The notes under the pieces: generated by a model
The model's database searches: none
Told to the model about the DNA's origin: nothing
What the model saw: only the letters and a program-made list of their open reading frames with translations
Program-made: the position numbers and the translations under genes
Assembly: GCA_051362555.1 (NCBI GenBank)
Contig: CM120641.1
Coordinates: 48,800,401-48,864,400 of the forward strand
Length of the DNA: 64,000 bases
Direction: 5' to 3'
DNA from: Lingula anatina
Lineage: Eukaryota > Animalia > Brachiopoda
Shown here: positions 1 through 11,280 of the stretch, piece by piece
Position numbering within the stretch: the first letter of the stretch is position 1
Layout of the letters: each line of letters starts with the position of its first letter

Positions 1-183
1 AACTTAGCTCAAATTTAGTTTTTTTTCTTAGAAATATTTATCGGTAAAGATGACAATAAAACAAGATGGCGGGGACTACAACTGGTGATATTTTTATCCA
101 GGATTTATACCTAAGTAATGAGAAGATTGCGTGAAAATGTGCCTCACATCCTTATTATTTTTTTTGTTTTGTTTTGTTTTCAG

Positions 184-938
184 ATGCCATTAAAATGGGT
201 CAAGGCCCGCAGGAGAAAAAATAAAGAGCAAAATCTGGCAGCAAAATCAAAAGGTAAGCTTTCTGGTCTATAACTAGAACTTTTTAGTTTATGGAGTTGA
301 AAGTAAAATGTCTTACATACATGGGCACTATCAATCTGTCCCTTGTGTGTCATGCTCAGTAAGATATTTCCACTGTACCGACAACATTATTACAAGTATC
401 GGATTTCCACTGTACCAACAACATTAGTACCAGTATCGGATACAAAAAGGCAGGTGCAATCACCACAGTGGATTGAGTGGAATTATACAAATGACAAATA
501 ATAAGAGACTAGCACATGTCAGAACCTTTTTAACAGTAAAATATTATTTTATTATTTCGGGTGAATGTCATAATGCAAGTGTTGCAGATGATTTAGATGC
601 ACCACTGTCAAGTTTGCAAAGTGATTGTAAACAAGCAAAAAGACACACAGATGTATTAAATAAGCAAAATGGTAAGCTGCCCGAAATTAATTAATTAATT
701 TTTGCTCGATAGTTTTACAAGTGCACGAAAAGCTAGGTCAGTGTTGTCCGTACAGTGGACTTTAACATAACATGAGCAATTAACACGTCAGCATCTTTTT
801 AACTGTGTGATAATATTTTTTTCAGATATATGTTGCAATGGAAGTGATTCTGATGACGACGTACCTCTGTCAAGTTACCTCGGTGCTACTCAAGAACCTG
901 ACAGGCACATTGATATTTCAGCAAATGGACCACCTTGA
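184..938 (+). CDS. 3' exons of an unidentified gene (partial, continues upstream of or at the window start), possibly transposon-encoded
   Basis: Three phase-consistent GT-AG exons: 184-253 (MPLKWVKARRRKNKEQNLAAKSK), 588-671 (DDLDAPLSSLQSDCK...), 826-938 (ICCNGSDSDDDVPLSSYL...PP-stop). No recognisable domain. Confidence 0.45.
366..439. repeat. Two-copy 37-bp tandem duplication (intronic)
   Basis: atttccactgtaccgacaacattattacaagtatcgg followed directly by atttccactgtaccaacaacattagtaccagtatcgg. Confidence 0.85.
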
Positions 939-2462
939 AACTAGCCATATGTTGTTCTTCATGAAAAACAAATATATCACTATAAATTGTCTCCCTTCTG
1001 TAAACTCTGAAGTTTAGTTTACTGTCAAGTCTAGGTTGGAATTAGTCAGTAGTGCTCTTAACAATAGATAAATATTATCATCACGTGCATAATTTTTATT
1101 GAATGAGATATTAATGTTGAAACAAGTCAAAATAGGGGGAAAATGCTATAATTCTTTGTCATGTGAAACTAGTACTCCTAAATAAATTACCTATCTGTTG
1201 TGATTGTGTAACAGTCAGTGGTATCTAAAGGTGTTAACATTTTTATTTGCATTTCAATATCTGTGCCTTATTAAATCTATAATAAAATGCTTATGAACAG
1301 AATATGACTTGTATTATGTTACTATATCAGCCAGAAATGAATGATCAGTTTTAAATGCTAAATCTGATGAAATATTGATAATTTTTAGCAATCGTCTTTT
1401 ATTTAGTCATTTTTAGTGAGATGGCAAACAAAATTGTTACACATATTATTCTTCCAATACATTCTGTGGAAGATGTTCAAAAGACATATGTTTCAAAACA
1501 GATTTTGCAGAGTTTAAATATATGTGCATGATTATGCAGTCGCAAGGAAACTATAGGCCCCTATTGCATGTGTTCTTTATAAATATGAAAAAACGAGTTT
1601 ACTTTTATTTGATTGTCAGTATAAAGATATGTCTTACCTTTCACTATCATTATGAAGTAGGTACCCAAATTAGTGTTTGTGAAAGTGAAATTAAAAACTA
1701 CTTTTCTTAAAGGATTTTTTTTTTCAGTCCTTTTTGTTTCACTGATTTGCTACGAATATTCTGGTGAATTTGAATTGATTATGCTCTAAAAGAATGACCG
1801 CTAATAGTGACAATGTTTTACAAACATGCATAATAGATCAAGTTTCTGTTTTGGTGTAGCTTCACCATTCAGTTTCTCCCAGTGATTAGCATGACCTTAT
1901 TGTCCAAAACGGCATCGAATATCACTATCTGTTACGTTGATGATCTCGTCACGTTTCCGGCTATATCTCCACGTTGAGTCAATTTCTATAAAATGGCAGC
2001 TGTTGTTACAGGTAGTGCGCTATTGAGTATTGCCTCCTCTGAATATAAAGTATTAAGACAACTACGAAATGTAAACAAACTGTACATCTTTAGAACTTTT
2101 TAATAAAAAACTCCACGTGTGCCATTGCTTATCCAATATGGCGGATCTACTTGACGACGATGTGGCGTCCGCGAGAATGCACGAGAAATCACGCTATTCG
2201 CTAAACACGGGTTAGGTACAATGGGGATTAAAATTAAGCCCGGCTATCAAAACAACTTAAGGGAAACAATAGAGCAATGTTTACCCGTACGAACGTCTGG
2301 TCAAAGGGAAAATGCCGCTGTCCAATCTTTCTGTTTATTATATCTTAGATATAACTTACATGTAGAGGAATAAACAAACAAACAAAAAATGGGAATTCTA
2401 ACTTTTTTACTTTTAAAAATATTTTCATTTGAAGTGTCAAATGTCCTTCCGTAACGGCAAAA

Positions 2463-2481
2463 AAATACCACGGAATGGCCC
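2463..2481. mobile_element. Right terminus (TIR) of a GGGCC-ended DNA transposon extending leftward; superfamily unresolved
   Basis: aaataccacggaatggccc is the exact reverse complement of 32935-32953. The subterminal motif aaatgtccttcc (~2440) recurs within 32935-34140. Confidence 0.55.
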
Positions 2482-2918
2482 ATCTACTGAATTAAATCTG
2501 TTTGTATGTCCAGTTTAGAAGATGTTCTTTAGAAATTTTATGCTCAGGGTGTTGGTGCATTCACAGGATGAATGTTCTTTATTTCAGTGACTGTGTACAT
2601 TTTTATAAAACATTTTCTCTGCATTTCCAGTTTGATTTTGTTAAGCAGAATTTTCAGATCAGAATTTCAAGTTAGCTCTTTATCCTCCTATTATCATATA
2701 TGCCTGCTTGTTATAGCACATAATTATGGAGATTAATGTGTCAGAACAGGGTAGTTTTATATTTAGCATTGATAGAAATCTCAAATTTTGTTTTATTATT
2801 ACTCACAGTAAACCATATACAGAAATCTGTCAGGAGATTATGATAAGCAATTTTTTCTTCGATGTAACTGTGTATCTGTTGATCATGGAATAAAGTTTTT
2901 TCTTTGATGTAACTCTTA

Positions 2919-3144
2919 GACCCCATTCCCATAGATATTTAGATCGATCTATCCCCGTGGGGAGTCTCACTAGATTACTGTCAGCTTAACCGGCTTAAGC
3001 GTCTGTCCCGCCTACTAAAAGCTGTAAGGGGGTAATTAACTGTCGTGCCCGCTCGGCTGACTGCAATTTAGCGTGAACCCCTAGGGAGTTAGGTCGATCT
3101 AAATCTAAATCTCTGGATCGATCTAAATCTCTGGGAATGCACCC
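2919..3144. mobile_element. PIF/Harbinger-like MITE
   Basis: Imperfect TIRs (gaccccattcccatagatatttagatcgatc versus gatcgatctaaatctctgggaatgcaccc) flanked by TTA at 2916-2918 and 3145-3147. Confidence 0.55.
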
Positions 3145-3501
3145 TTAGTCTAGTTGCCAGAATGCTAACCCTGCATAGTTCTTTCCTGTAAACTTTTATA
3201 ACAGACATGCATTCTTTAGGGCTAGAGAAATAAAATCAGCTTGGTTGCTACTTCTGAGACATTGAACATTTTTCAGTATGGGTGCCAATTTGTGAATAAA
3301 AATAGAATACAGAGTGAAGACGAAAGATATACTTTATTTGTGACTCTGGCAAATGTTATTCTTGTCAGGAGAACAAAGTATGATTACATTAAAAACATTA
3401 ATTGTATTAAAAACAAAATGACTACCAAAACACACAGCAGAGAGTAAAAAAGAGCTGTAGAACCACTCCATTTCTGGTCTAATAAGTCTAATAAATACCA
3501 T

Positions 3502-3789
3502 TGTTGCGGGTGTCAGTCCAATTTTATTCAATTGTCAACGATATATAACATCAACTGGTAACAAATGGTACTGTTTATTGTCTAACATCAACTTATGTCA
3601 ACTTACATCAACTTTCATCAACTTTCAACTGGAAACAACTGGTAACAACTTTCATCTGAATCAACGTGAAACTCGTTGCGAGAATCTGACTTGTCTAACA
3701 AACACGTGGCGGCAAAAACTAAATACTATCAACACCGATACTACAATTAAGGTCAAGACACTACTAAAAATAGCTACTTGTCAGTTACA
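3502..3789 (-). repeat. 3' LTR of the BEL element
   Basis: Direct repeat of 9687-9974 (tgttgcgggt...cagttaca on the + strand). Confidence 0.97.
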
Positions 3790-4310
3790 TGGCTCCCTTA
3801 AATTGTGAATCCCACAATTTACTTAAACTATCATTTTATATCAAAACTCTAACACAAATCCAAAACTTAACATCCATTACCATACTACATACATACATAT
3901 ATCAATACATATTAACAATTTTGTTAACTTAACTTTACCTTAATTACCTTCTTTAATAAACAATTTTAAACTCAATAACCATTACCATAAGTATATGACC
4001 ATTATGCATCAAAGTTTATGAGCAATTACTGAACATAACATAAACCAACATTGTAAGCATATCTATCTCTCTCACACATGTCAACCTGCCATTCACATGA
4101 AAACAAACCCTTTCCTTTTAAACAAAATGTGAAAACAGTCTTAATTTAAAAGATTCTATACATTTAACATTCCATAACACTGAAATTAATCCAGTCCAGA
4201 GTTTATACAATGTGCCAGTCTAAACATAAAAAGTTCACTCAAGTCAACTGATGGCTCCTCGACGGGGATTCCCCTTAAAATTACAGTTGCACACTATAAT
4301 GATTGTTCAG

Positions 4311-7300
4311 TTATTGCGCTTCCTCTAACAAGCACAGTTTATGTATTGGTCGCATCAATATAGAATTCCTAGTCTTAATCTGAACTGTGCGAACAAGTCC
4401 ATCCTTTCCTGGGTAAGTATTTATCACTCTAGCAATTGGCCACACATTTCTAGGAACATCTTCATCAATCACTAACACAATATCACCAATATTCAAATTT
4501 CGCTTTGGCTCCAACCACTTTTGACGACTTTGCAGGGTAGGTAAGTATTCTTTTATCCACCTGCACCAGAAAACGTTTGCCAAATACTGAACCTGCCTCC
4601 ATCTGCGTTTGCTATATGTGTCTGTCTTGTCAAAATCACCTGGTGGGAGCACAGACCCAGAACGTAACAATAACAAGTGGTTTGGGGTCAACGCTTCCAA
4701 ATCATTGGGATCACTGGACACCGGTGTCAACGGACGCCCATTCACAATTGATTCCACAATGCACATTAAAGTGACGAGATTTTCATCATCTAAAACCTGT
4801 TCTGTCACAACACCTCTTAACACTTTTCTAACAGTTCTGATGGATCTTTCCCATACACCACCCATATGTGAAGCACTAGGTGGGTTAAAATGCCAATCTA
4901 TGTGGTTCTGGTGTAAATAATCATGTATTTTACTCTGATTCCATTCTGTGACAGCTGCCTTCAATTCACGCTCTGCACCAACAAAGTTAGTTCCATTGTC
5001 TGAAAATATTTTCTTGGGTTTTCCACGTCTACTGATGAAACGTTGCAGGGCATTAATAAATGATGAAGTATCTAGTGATTGTGCTATTTCAATATGCACT
5101 GCTCTTGATGCTAAACATGAAAATAAACACCCATACCTCTTAACCTCTGACCTTCCACGTTTAATCAAAAATGGACCAAAATAGTCCACACCCACATAAG
5201 TAAAACATGGTTCATTGGGTGTTACTCTAGCTGTTGGCAAATCAGCCATTCTTTGCTGACATGGTAACGCATTGTTTCGCTTACATTTGACACACTTGCT
5301 GATCACTCTGCGAATGGATTTCCTCGCTCCTATAATCCAATACTTCTGTCTCAATTCAGAAAGCACATATTCCCGTCCACTATGTCCTAAGGCTTTGTGT
5401 TGCTCGTCAATAATCAAATCTACAACATGGTGCTGTGGTAAAATCACTGGATTTTTTATCCCTTCTGAAATAGCTGAATTGTTCAATCTACCACCAACTA
5501 CTAACACACCTGAAGAATGCATCACTGGTGCAAGCCTAAACAACTTACTTGCACGTTTAACACCACTCTGACTGTTCGCAGCTCGATTAATTTCTGAGAG
5601 CTCTTTCCCAAAGTGTTGCCCTTGGATATACTTCAAGATTTCTAACTCTGCCTTTTCTGTTTCTTCCACTGAAAGTGGACCTGTAGGTACATTCACCTTT
5701 TCTCTTCTATGTCTTGCGATTAACCACTGTTTGAAGCGTAGTATCACAGCAACATCTTTCTTCAGCTTTTTCCATGAAGATCGGCGTTTTAGAATCTTAT
5801 CTATCACTGATTCTTGTACTGACTCACTTCTTTGTGCTAGACATGTCTTGGGTCTCTTTACCTCTTTATCTTCATCTGACACTCCCTTAACATCTGGAGT
5901 TTCTGGCCAGTGGCATTCACTCTGCTTAAGAAATTCTGGTCCTTCAATCCATCTGACACTGTTAACCATTTCATGGGCAGTGAGTCCCCTTGTGCAATCG
6001 TCAGCTGGGTTCCTCTTTGAATCAATGTAGTGCCACTGTGACGGAATTGAACCTTCTCTGATGACAGAGACTCTGTTTTCAACGTATGTTTGAAATCGCT
6101 TATCTTCACTTCGAATGTAACTCAAAGTACACGTGCTGTCTGTCCAAAACATTGAACTGTCCACAGGAAAAGTGAGTTCCTGTCGTATCATGTAATCTAA
6201 TCTGACTGCCATAGTAGCTGCTGTAAGCTCGAGGCGCGGAATCGTAAGCTGCTTGATCGGTGCCAACCGAGCCTTTGACATCAACAATGAAGTATGTATC
6301 TGACCTGAGATGTCTTGTACACGGAGGTAACTTACAACACCATATGCCATGGTAGACGCATCAGAAAAATGGTGTAACTGAATGCTGGCAATCTTCTCAG
6401 GCTGTACTGGCTGTACACATCTTGGTACTTTCATTTCTTTCATCTTGGGCAAGCTGTTCTTCCAACCTGACCACTCTACCTGGGTTTTATAAGGCACAGC
6501 TTCATCCCAACCTATCTTGTCACGTGTTAAATCTTGTAACATCTTCTTCGCTCTGATAGTGAAGGGAGAAATAAAGCCCAGGGGGTCATAAATAGAACTG
6601 ATGACACTTAAAAGGCCTCTCTTGGTCAATGGTTTCTTCTCAAGATCCATTTTATATGTGAAGCTGTCCACTTCAATGTCCCAGCAAACACCAAGAGCAC
6701 GTTCTGTTGGCAAGGCCTGTAAATTCAAATCAAGATTCTTAATAGGCTTGGCTTTGTCTATGTCTGGTATCTTGGATAACACTTCTCTGCTGTTGCTAAT
6801 CCACTTCGTCAGGTGGAAACCTCCCGTTTGCAGCAGACTCTGTAATTGACTGACCATGGTGATTGCCTCTGTTTCACTCATTACTGACTTTAAACAGTCA
6901 TCTACATAGAAATTCTGTAAAACAGTATTGACTACTTCTGTGTCGTAATGACCTTTGTTGTCTTCTGCTGTGCGTTGCAATGCAAAATTACAGCAACTGG
7001 GACTCCATTTGCCACCGAACAAATGTACTGTCATTCGATAAACTTTCTGTTCTCCTTCCAGATCCCCTTTAGGCCACCATAAAAAACGAAGAGAATCTCT
7101 CTGCACTTCTGGTACCTTCACTTGATGATACATGGCTTCTATGTCAGACATGATGGCTATAGGGTGCTGTCTAAAGCGTAACAATACACCTAATAAAGAA
7201 TTCACAATGTCTGGCCCCTGTAAAACTTGACTATTCAATGAGACACCCTGTTGGCTAGCTTTACAGTCAAATACTACCCTTACTTTGTCTGGTTTTTTGA

Positions 7301-9644
7301 GGTTCACAACATTATGGTGGGGTAGGTACCATACACTGCCGTCTTCTTTGTCAACTTCATCAGGGCTGACTTGTTCTGCATAACCTTTGTCAATTAAGTC
7401 CTCCATGAATTCTGTGTACGCTTGATGTAAGTTAGGATCATGTGACAATTTTCGCTTTAAGCTGTCTAGGCGTTGCTCGGCCATCTGCTTGTTTGGCGGA
7501 AAATGAGGCTGCCTGTCTTTAAATGGTATCGGTAAACTGTAATGCTCGTCATGTTGAATCTTATCTTCCCATAAAGCGAGGACCCGCTTGTCTTCAATTG
7601 ATAAACCCTTTTTATCAGATATCAATGTTCCATGGCCTTCTATTTTCCAAAACTGTTCCAATTGCTCATTCAGCTCACGATCTGCCTGAATAAATGTTGC
7701 CGTGGCAACATGTCTACGCTTGCCACCAAGCGGTCCATTTAATGTCCAGCCCAACACAGTTTTTGTCGCATATGGCTCATTTGGACTTTGACCTCTCTTC
7801 ACATCAATAGGCATAAGCACCTCTGGATTGTCTTGTCCAATTATTATGCTCACCTTGGCATTCATGTGATCTGTTTCAGGAAAATTCACATCTTGTAAGT
7901 GACTCCACTTTCTGATGTCCTCTGCACGACCCATGTTTTCCATGTTTACAGGTAATGATGGTCTTGTATACACAACTGGCAAATCAATCACATTTTTGTC
8001 TTCTAAATCAGAAATCTGTAAACTGATCACTACAGTCTCTGAGACACTTTGTTCCTTTTCTAAGGTCGTAAGCTTTAACACTGTATTTTCACCCTGTGCA
8101 CCAATAGACTGCATCAACTCTTCTGAGCAAAAAGTACTGGTGGATCCCGAGTCCAGCAACGCATAGGTGTGCACAAACTGTGATTTTCCTGGAACTTTCA
8201 CTTTCACTGGTACTATTGGCAAGGCGATTCGCATACCACTTTCCTTTCTGGTTCCATGAGCTCCATAGGAAACTTCATTTACAGCACTGAGAGAAGTGTT
8301 TAGTCCTGTCTGCATGTGAGATAAATCTTCATGAACTGGTTCCCTTGTAACAGTTGGCTTCACCTGGTGCAAGAATTTAGTGTGTTTTTGATTGCACCCT
8401 TGCACTGAGCACGTACGTTGTAATCTACACATCTCAGAGAAATGTCCTGGCTTTAAACAGTTGTAACACAGTTTGTTGTCATTGGCAAATTTGAGTCTCT
8501 CAGGCAATTTCATGGCTTTGAATTCTGTACACCCAAATAATGAATGACTGCTGCCACACTTAATGCATGGTGACTGAATAGATTTTCTTGTGTCACCATA
8601 AGTCTGTGAACTGGTGTCACCATTAGGCTGTGAACTGGTAGCTGTAATACTGTAACTCCATCGGTTGTTGGGTCGCCTCTGTGAATCACTGCGACTGTCA
8701 CTCCTTTTCACATGTGCTAGGCCACCATACACTGGATCATTTGCTATTTCTGCATTTTCAACAACAAATGCAGTGACATCTTTAATATCTGGGCACCTTC
8801 CTTCCTTTCTTATCTTACGTACTTCTTGTTTCCATTTGTGCTGCAAATAACCAGGGAGACGTTCAATGATTTTGACCAGTGAGCTTTGTGTGCTCAACTC
8901 TGAGGAATTTCCCATTGCTTCAAGCGTTTCAGCACATGTTCTTAACTCGTCGGCATAATCCCTCAATTTTGTAACATCATTTGCCTTTATGGCTGGGCCT
9001 GTCGTGATTTTCTTAACCCATGTCTCCGTAATAGTATAGGCTGAACCAAATCTTTCCTTAAGCAATGCTTTAGCCCTCTTATATCCATCTTCAGGGTTCA
9101 TTACAGCACAACACTGAATTACACCATGAGCCTTTCCGCTGGTATAATGAAGCAAACGAATTAATCTTGCGCCGCTGTCCACAGTTTCTTTCTCCACACT
9201 ATTTTCAAAAGTTTTGATAAAATTCCAATACTGAAGAGGATCTCCGTCAAATTTGTCTATTTCAACTTTAGGAATTTGTATAGAGTTCACTAAATGATGA
9301 ATCACATCATGACTACTCTGGTTTTGAGTCAAGTTGGTGGAATTTACCTGAATGTCCAGTTTCGTAGATGAAATTGGGGCACTGGTCTCCATCTCAGCTT
9401 CAGCATACGCAGTTTCCTCTGCTAACAATTTTGCTCTTTCAGTGTCCAACTTGAGTTTCTCCCTTTGTTGTTTCAATTTCAATTCCTGTTCGTCCAAATG
9501 TTTCTTCACTTCAAAAGATGCCAATTCTGCCTCAATGGCCATCCGTTTTGCCTTCGCTTTCAAGCGAGCTTCAGTTGAGCTCGTGCTCAAACTGCTAAAT
9601 AAGCTGGCCGTTTCTATGTCTTCCATTTTTTGTTGCACGTCCAT
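4311..9644 (-). CDS. BEL/Pao gag-pol polyprotein, 1777 aa from the first ATG
   Basis: Gag (FDGDPLQYWNF), three Cys/His knuckles (CIKCGSSHSLFGC, CYNCLKPGHFSEMC, CSVQGCNQKHTKFLH), aspartic protease ALLDSGS, RT YVDD, RNase H (FSDAS, IPRLEL, FWTDS, NPAD), integrase (CVKC, VDYFGP, SDNGTNF, GGVWE), and the BEL-type C-terminus LTPNHLL...WPIARV. Confidence 0.97.
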   Translation of the reverse strand: MDVQQKMEDIETASLFSSLSTSSTEARLKAKAKRMAIEAELASFEVKKHLDEQELKLKQQREKLKLDTERAKLLAEETAYAEAEMETSAPISSTKLDIQVNSTNLTQNQSSHDVIHHLVNSIQIPKVEIDKFDGDPLQYWNFIKTFENSVEKETVDSGARLIRLLHYTSGKAHGVIQCCAVMNPEDGYKRAKALLKERFGSAYTITETWVKKITTGPAIKANDVTKLRDYADELRTCAETLEAMGNSSELSTQSSLVKIIERLPGYLQHKWKQEVRKIRKEGRCPDIKDVTAFVVENAEIANDPVYGGLAHVKRSDSRSDSQRRPNNRWSYSITATSSQPNGDTSSQTYGDTRKSIQSPCIKCGSSHSLFGCTEFKAMKLPERLKFANDNKLCYNCLKPGHFSEMCRLQRTCSVQGCNQKHTKFLHQVKPTVTREPVHEDLSHMQTGLNTSLSAVNEVSYGAHGTRKESGMRIALPIVPVKVKVPGKSQFVHTYALLDSGSTSTFCSEELMQSIGAQGENTVLKLTTLEKEQSVSETVVISLQISDLEDKNVIDLPVVYTRPSLPVNMENMGRAEDIRKWSHLQDVNFPETDHMNAKVSIIIGQDNPEVLMPIDVKRGQSPNEPYATKTVLGWTLNGPLGGKRRHVATATFIQADRELNEQLEQFWKIEGHGTLISDKKGLSIEDKRVLALWEDKIQHDEHYSLPIPFKDRQPHFPPNKQMAEQRLDSLKRKLSHDPNLHQAYTEFMEDLIDKGYAEQVSPDEVDKEDGSVWYLPHHNVVNLKKPDKVRVVFDCKASQQGVSLNSQVLQGPDIVNSLLGVLLRFRQHPIAIMSDIEAMYHQVKVPEVQRDSLRFLWWPKGDLEGEQKVYRMTVHLFGGKWSPSCCNFALQRTAEDNKGHYDTEVVNTVLQNFYVDDCLKSVMSETEAITMVSQLQSLLQTGGFHLTKWISNSREVLSKIPDIDKAKPIKNLDLNLQALPTERALGVCWDIEVDSFTYKMDLEKKPLTKRGLLSVISSIYDPLGFISPFTIRAKKMLQDLTRDKIGWDEAVPYKTQVEWSGWKNSLPKMKEMKVPRCVQPVQPEKIASIQLHHFSDASTMAYGVVSYLRVQDISGQIHTSLLMSKARLAPIKQLTIPRLELTAATMAVRLDYMIRQELTFPVDSSMFWTDSTCTLSYIRSEDKRFQTYVENRVSVIREGSIPSQWHYIDSKRNPADDCTRGLTAHEMVNSVRWIEGPEFLKQSECHWPETPDVKGVSDEDKEVKRPKTCLAQRSESVQESVIDKILKRRSSWKKLKKDVAVILRFKQWLIARHRREKVNVPTGPLSVEETEKAELEILKYIQGQHFGKELSEINRAANSQSGVKRASKLFRLAPVMHSSGVLVVGGRLNNSAISEGIKNPVILPQHHVVDLIIDEQHKALGHSGREYVLSELRQKYWIIGARKSIRRVISKCVKCKRNNALPCQQRMADLPTARVTPNEPCFTYVGVDYFGPFLIKRGRSEVKRYGCLFSCLASRAVHIEIAQSLDTSSFINALQRFISRRGKPKKIFSDNGTNFVGAERELKAAVTEWNQSKIHDYLHQNHIDWHFNPPSASHMGGVWERSIRTVRKVLRGVVTEQVLDDENLVTLMCIVESIVNGRPLTPVSSDPNDLEALTPNHLLLLRSGSVLPPGDFDKTDTYSKRRWRQVQYLANVFWCRWIKEYLPTLQSRQKWLEPKRNLNIGDIVLVIDEDVPRNVWPIARVINTYPGKDGLVRTVQIKTRNSILMRPIHKLCLLEEAQ

Positions 9645-9686
9645 TTTGATCTTTGACCTTTGACCTTTAGATCCTCCGAGTTTCAC

Positions 9687-9974
9687 TGTTGCGGGTGTCA
9701 GTCCAATTTTATTCAATTGTCAACGATATATAACATCAACTGGTAACAAATGGTACTGTTTATTGTCTAACATCAACTTATGTCAACTTACATCAACTTT
9801 CATCAACTTTCAACTGGAAACAACTGGTAACAACTTTCATCTGAATCAACGTGAAACTCGTTGCGAGAATCTGACTTGTCTAACAAACACGTGGCGGCAA
9901 AAACTAAATACTATCAACACCGATACTACAATTAAGGTCAAGACACTACTAAAAATAGCTACTTGTCAGTTACA
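9687..9974 (-). repeat. 5' LTR of the BEL element
   Basis: Direct repeat of 3502-3789. Confidence 0.97.
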
Positions 9975-10854
9975 ACCATCTCTGCCTTTGAATTTTCTGT
10001 TCATTATGAAGATTTGTCAGCTGTGATTCTAAACTATTATTATCAACTTCTCTGACATTCAACTAATGCTTGGTGAGGGCTTATGCCTCCCTAGTACAGT
10101 GTATTTGAGTTTTCACTCCCACAGGTCCCATAGTTGAACCATGCTATTTTCTATTATTTTTGTAAAAGGAAATGTGTTTTGGGGGCAACAAAAGTTAACT
10201 TAGCTTGGCTTTTTTTCATAACACAAGATGGCCACCAATTTGTTAAATAAAACTTTAAAACCATTCATAGAGATTCAAATTAATATAATATAATAATATA
10301 ATATAACACAATATTTTGTGTTTAATTACATGTTTCTGAATACAAAAGTGTGTACTGTGATTATTTCTTTCATCTCAGCAAGTAATAAAAAATGGCTGCC
10401 AAAAGGTTATGGGAAAGGCCGAGAAAAAGCTGTAAAATTATGGATTTCAACTGATAAATACCTTAAATTAATGGAATCTGAATATATCACAGTAAAACAA
10501 AACAAAAATATAAAAAGCCCTGATTTAAGCAGACAAGAAAATAAAACGTGCGACTGGATTGAAACTCACTGTGTTAGGTGTGGCATAGTCCATTGCATTT
10601 CTTGAGGCACAGTGACAGGACGCATTGCATTGTACATGATGTACCCGCTGTGTTACACGGACTCAACCTTTTGTCATCTAAGTGGCTTAAGGGTACTGTA
10701 AGGGTTTAAGATCACCCAGATACCGAAAATAAGGTTTTCTTGCATTTAACGAAAGCCCCCTCAATAATATAAGATATATATTTCATGTTGCTAAGCATAA
10801 AAATATGCACTTCAAAGCGTCTATTATTAATTACAGATCTATTTTGAAGTGAGA

Positions 10855-11280
10855 TAGCAATGGGTGCTGGGCGTAATTCCACCTCTGAATAAGATTTTAT
10901 GACGAAAATTGGCATAGGTGACAACAGGTGTATGGGCTTCACTGTGTCATTATTGTGGTTTAAATTTTTTGTCTTGGAGTTATGAGTCCCTAATTGCATG
11001 TACAATACATCATTGACCAAAGGCTTTGGTTTGTCTTATACTGTAAGATAAAATCGAAACTGAGGCTTTTAAGAAAAATCGCAGACTGTTTTTGAAGTAC
11101 TTAATGGTGTCATAAATTTGGCGTTAAAAGGTGCTCTTGGGAACTCAGGTAAATGAGAAAATTAAGAAACCGATGTTGCATGTTTTTACTCCAAAATTAC
11201 AATAATGACGTCTAAGGAAGTGAACATTGATGATTTATCCGTTATCCCAAAAATGTATGTTAGGCAGTAAATAAGGTTTT
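10855..11280 (+). repeat. Old dispersed repeat, copy A; homologous to 27217-27655
   Basis: Collinear shared blocks such as agattttat(g/c)acgaaa, ggtttaaat, aggcttttaagaaaaatcgc, aatggtgtcat and aggcagtaaataagg. Confidence 0.75.

Larger units (their letters stand above)
3502..9974 (-). mobile_element. Full-length BEL/Pao LTR retrotransposon
   Basis: Two 288-bp LTRs with TG..CA ends, identical by eye. 5-bp TSD ACCAT (3497-3501, 9975-9979). One uninterrupted gag-pol ORF. Purine-rich AAGGGAGCCA immediately before the 3' LTR on the minus strand. Confidence 0.97.

Noticed and set aside
3578-3808. Twin short ORFs at 3578 and 9763
   Set aside because: They are identical only because they lie in the two LTRs. 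No coding signal.
9645-9716. ORF-track N-terminal extension of gag-pol (MNKIGLTPAT...)
   Set aside because: It starts at a non-ATG codon inside the LTR. The first ATG is at 9644.
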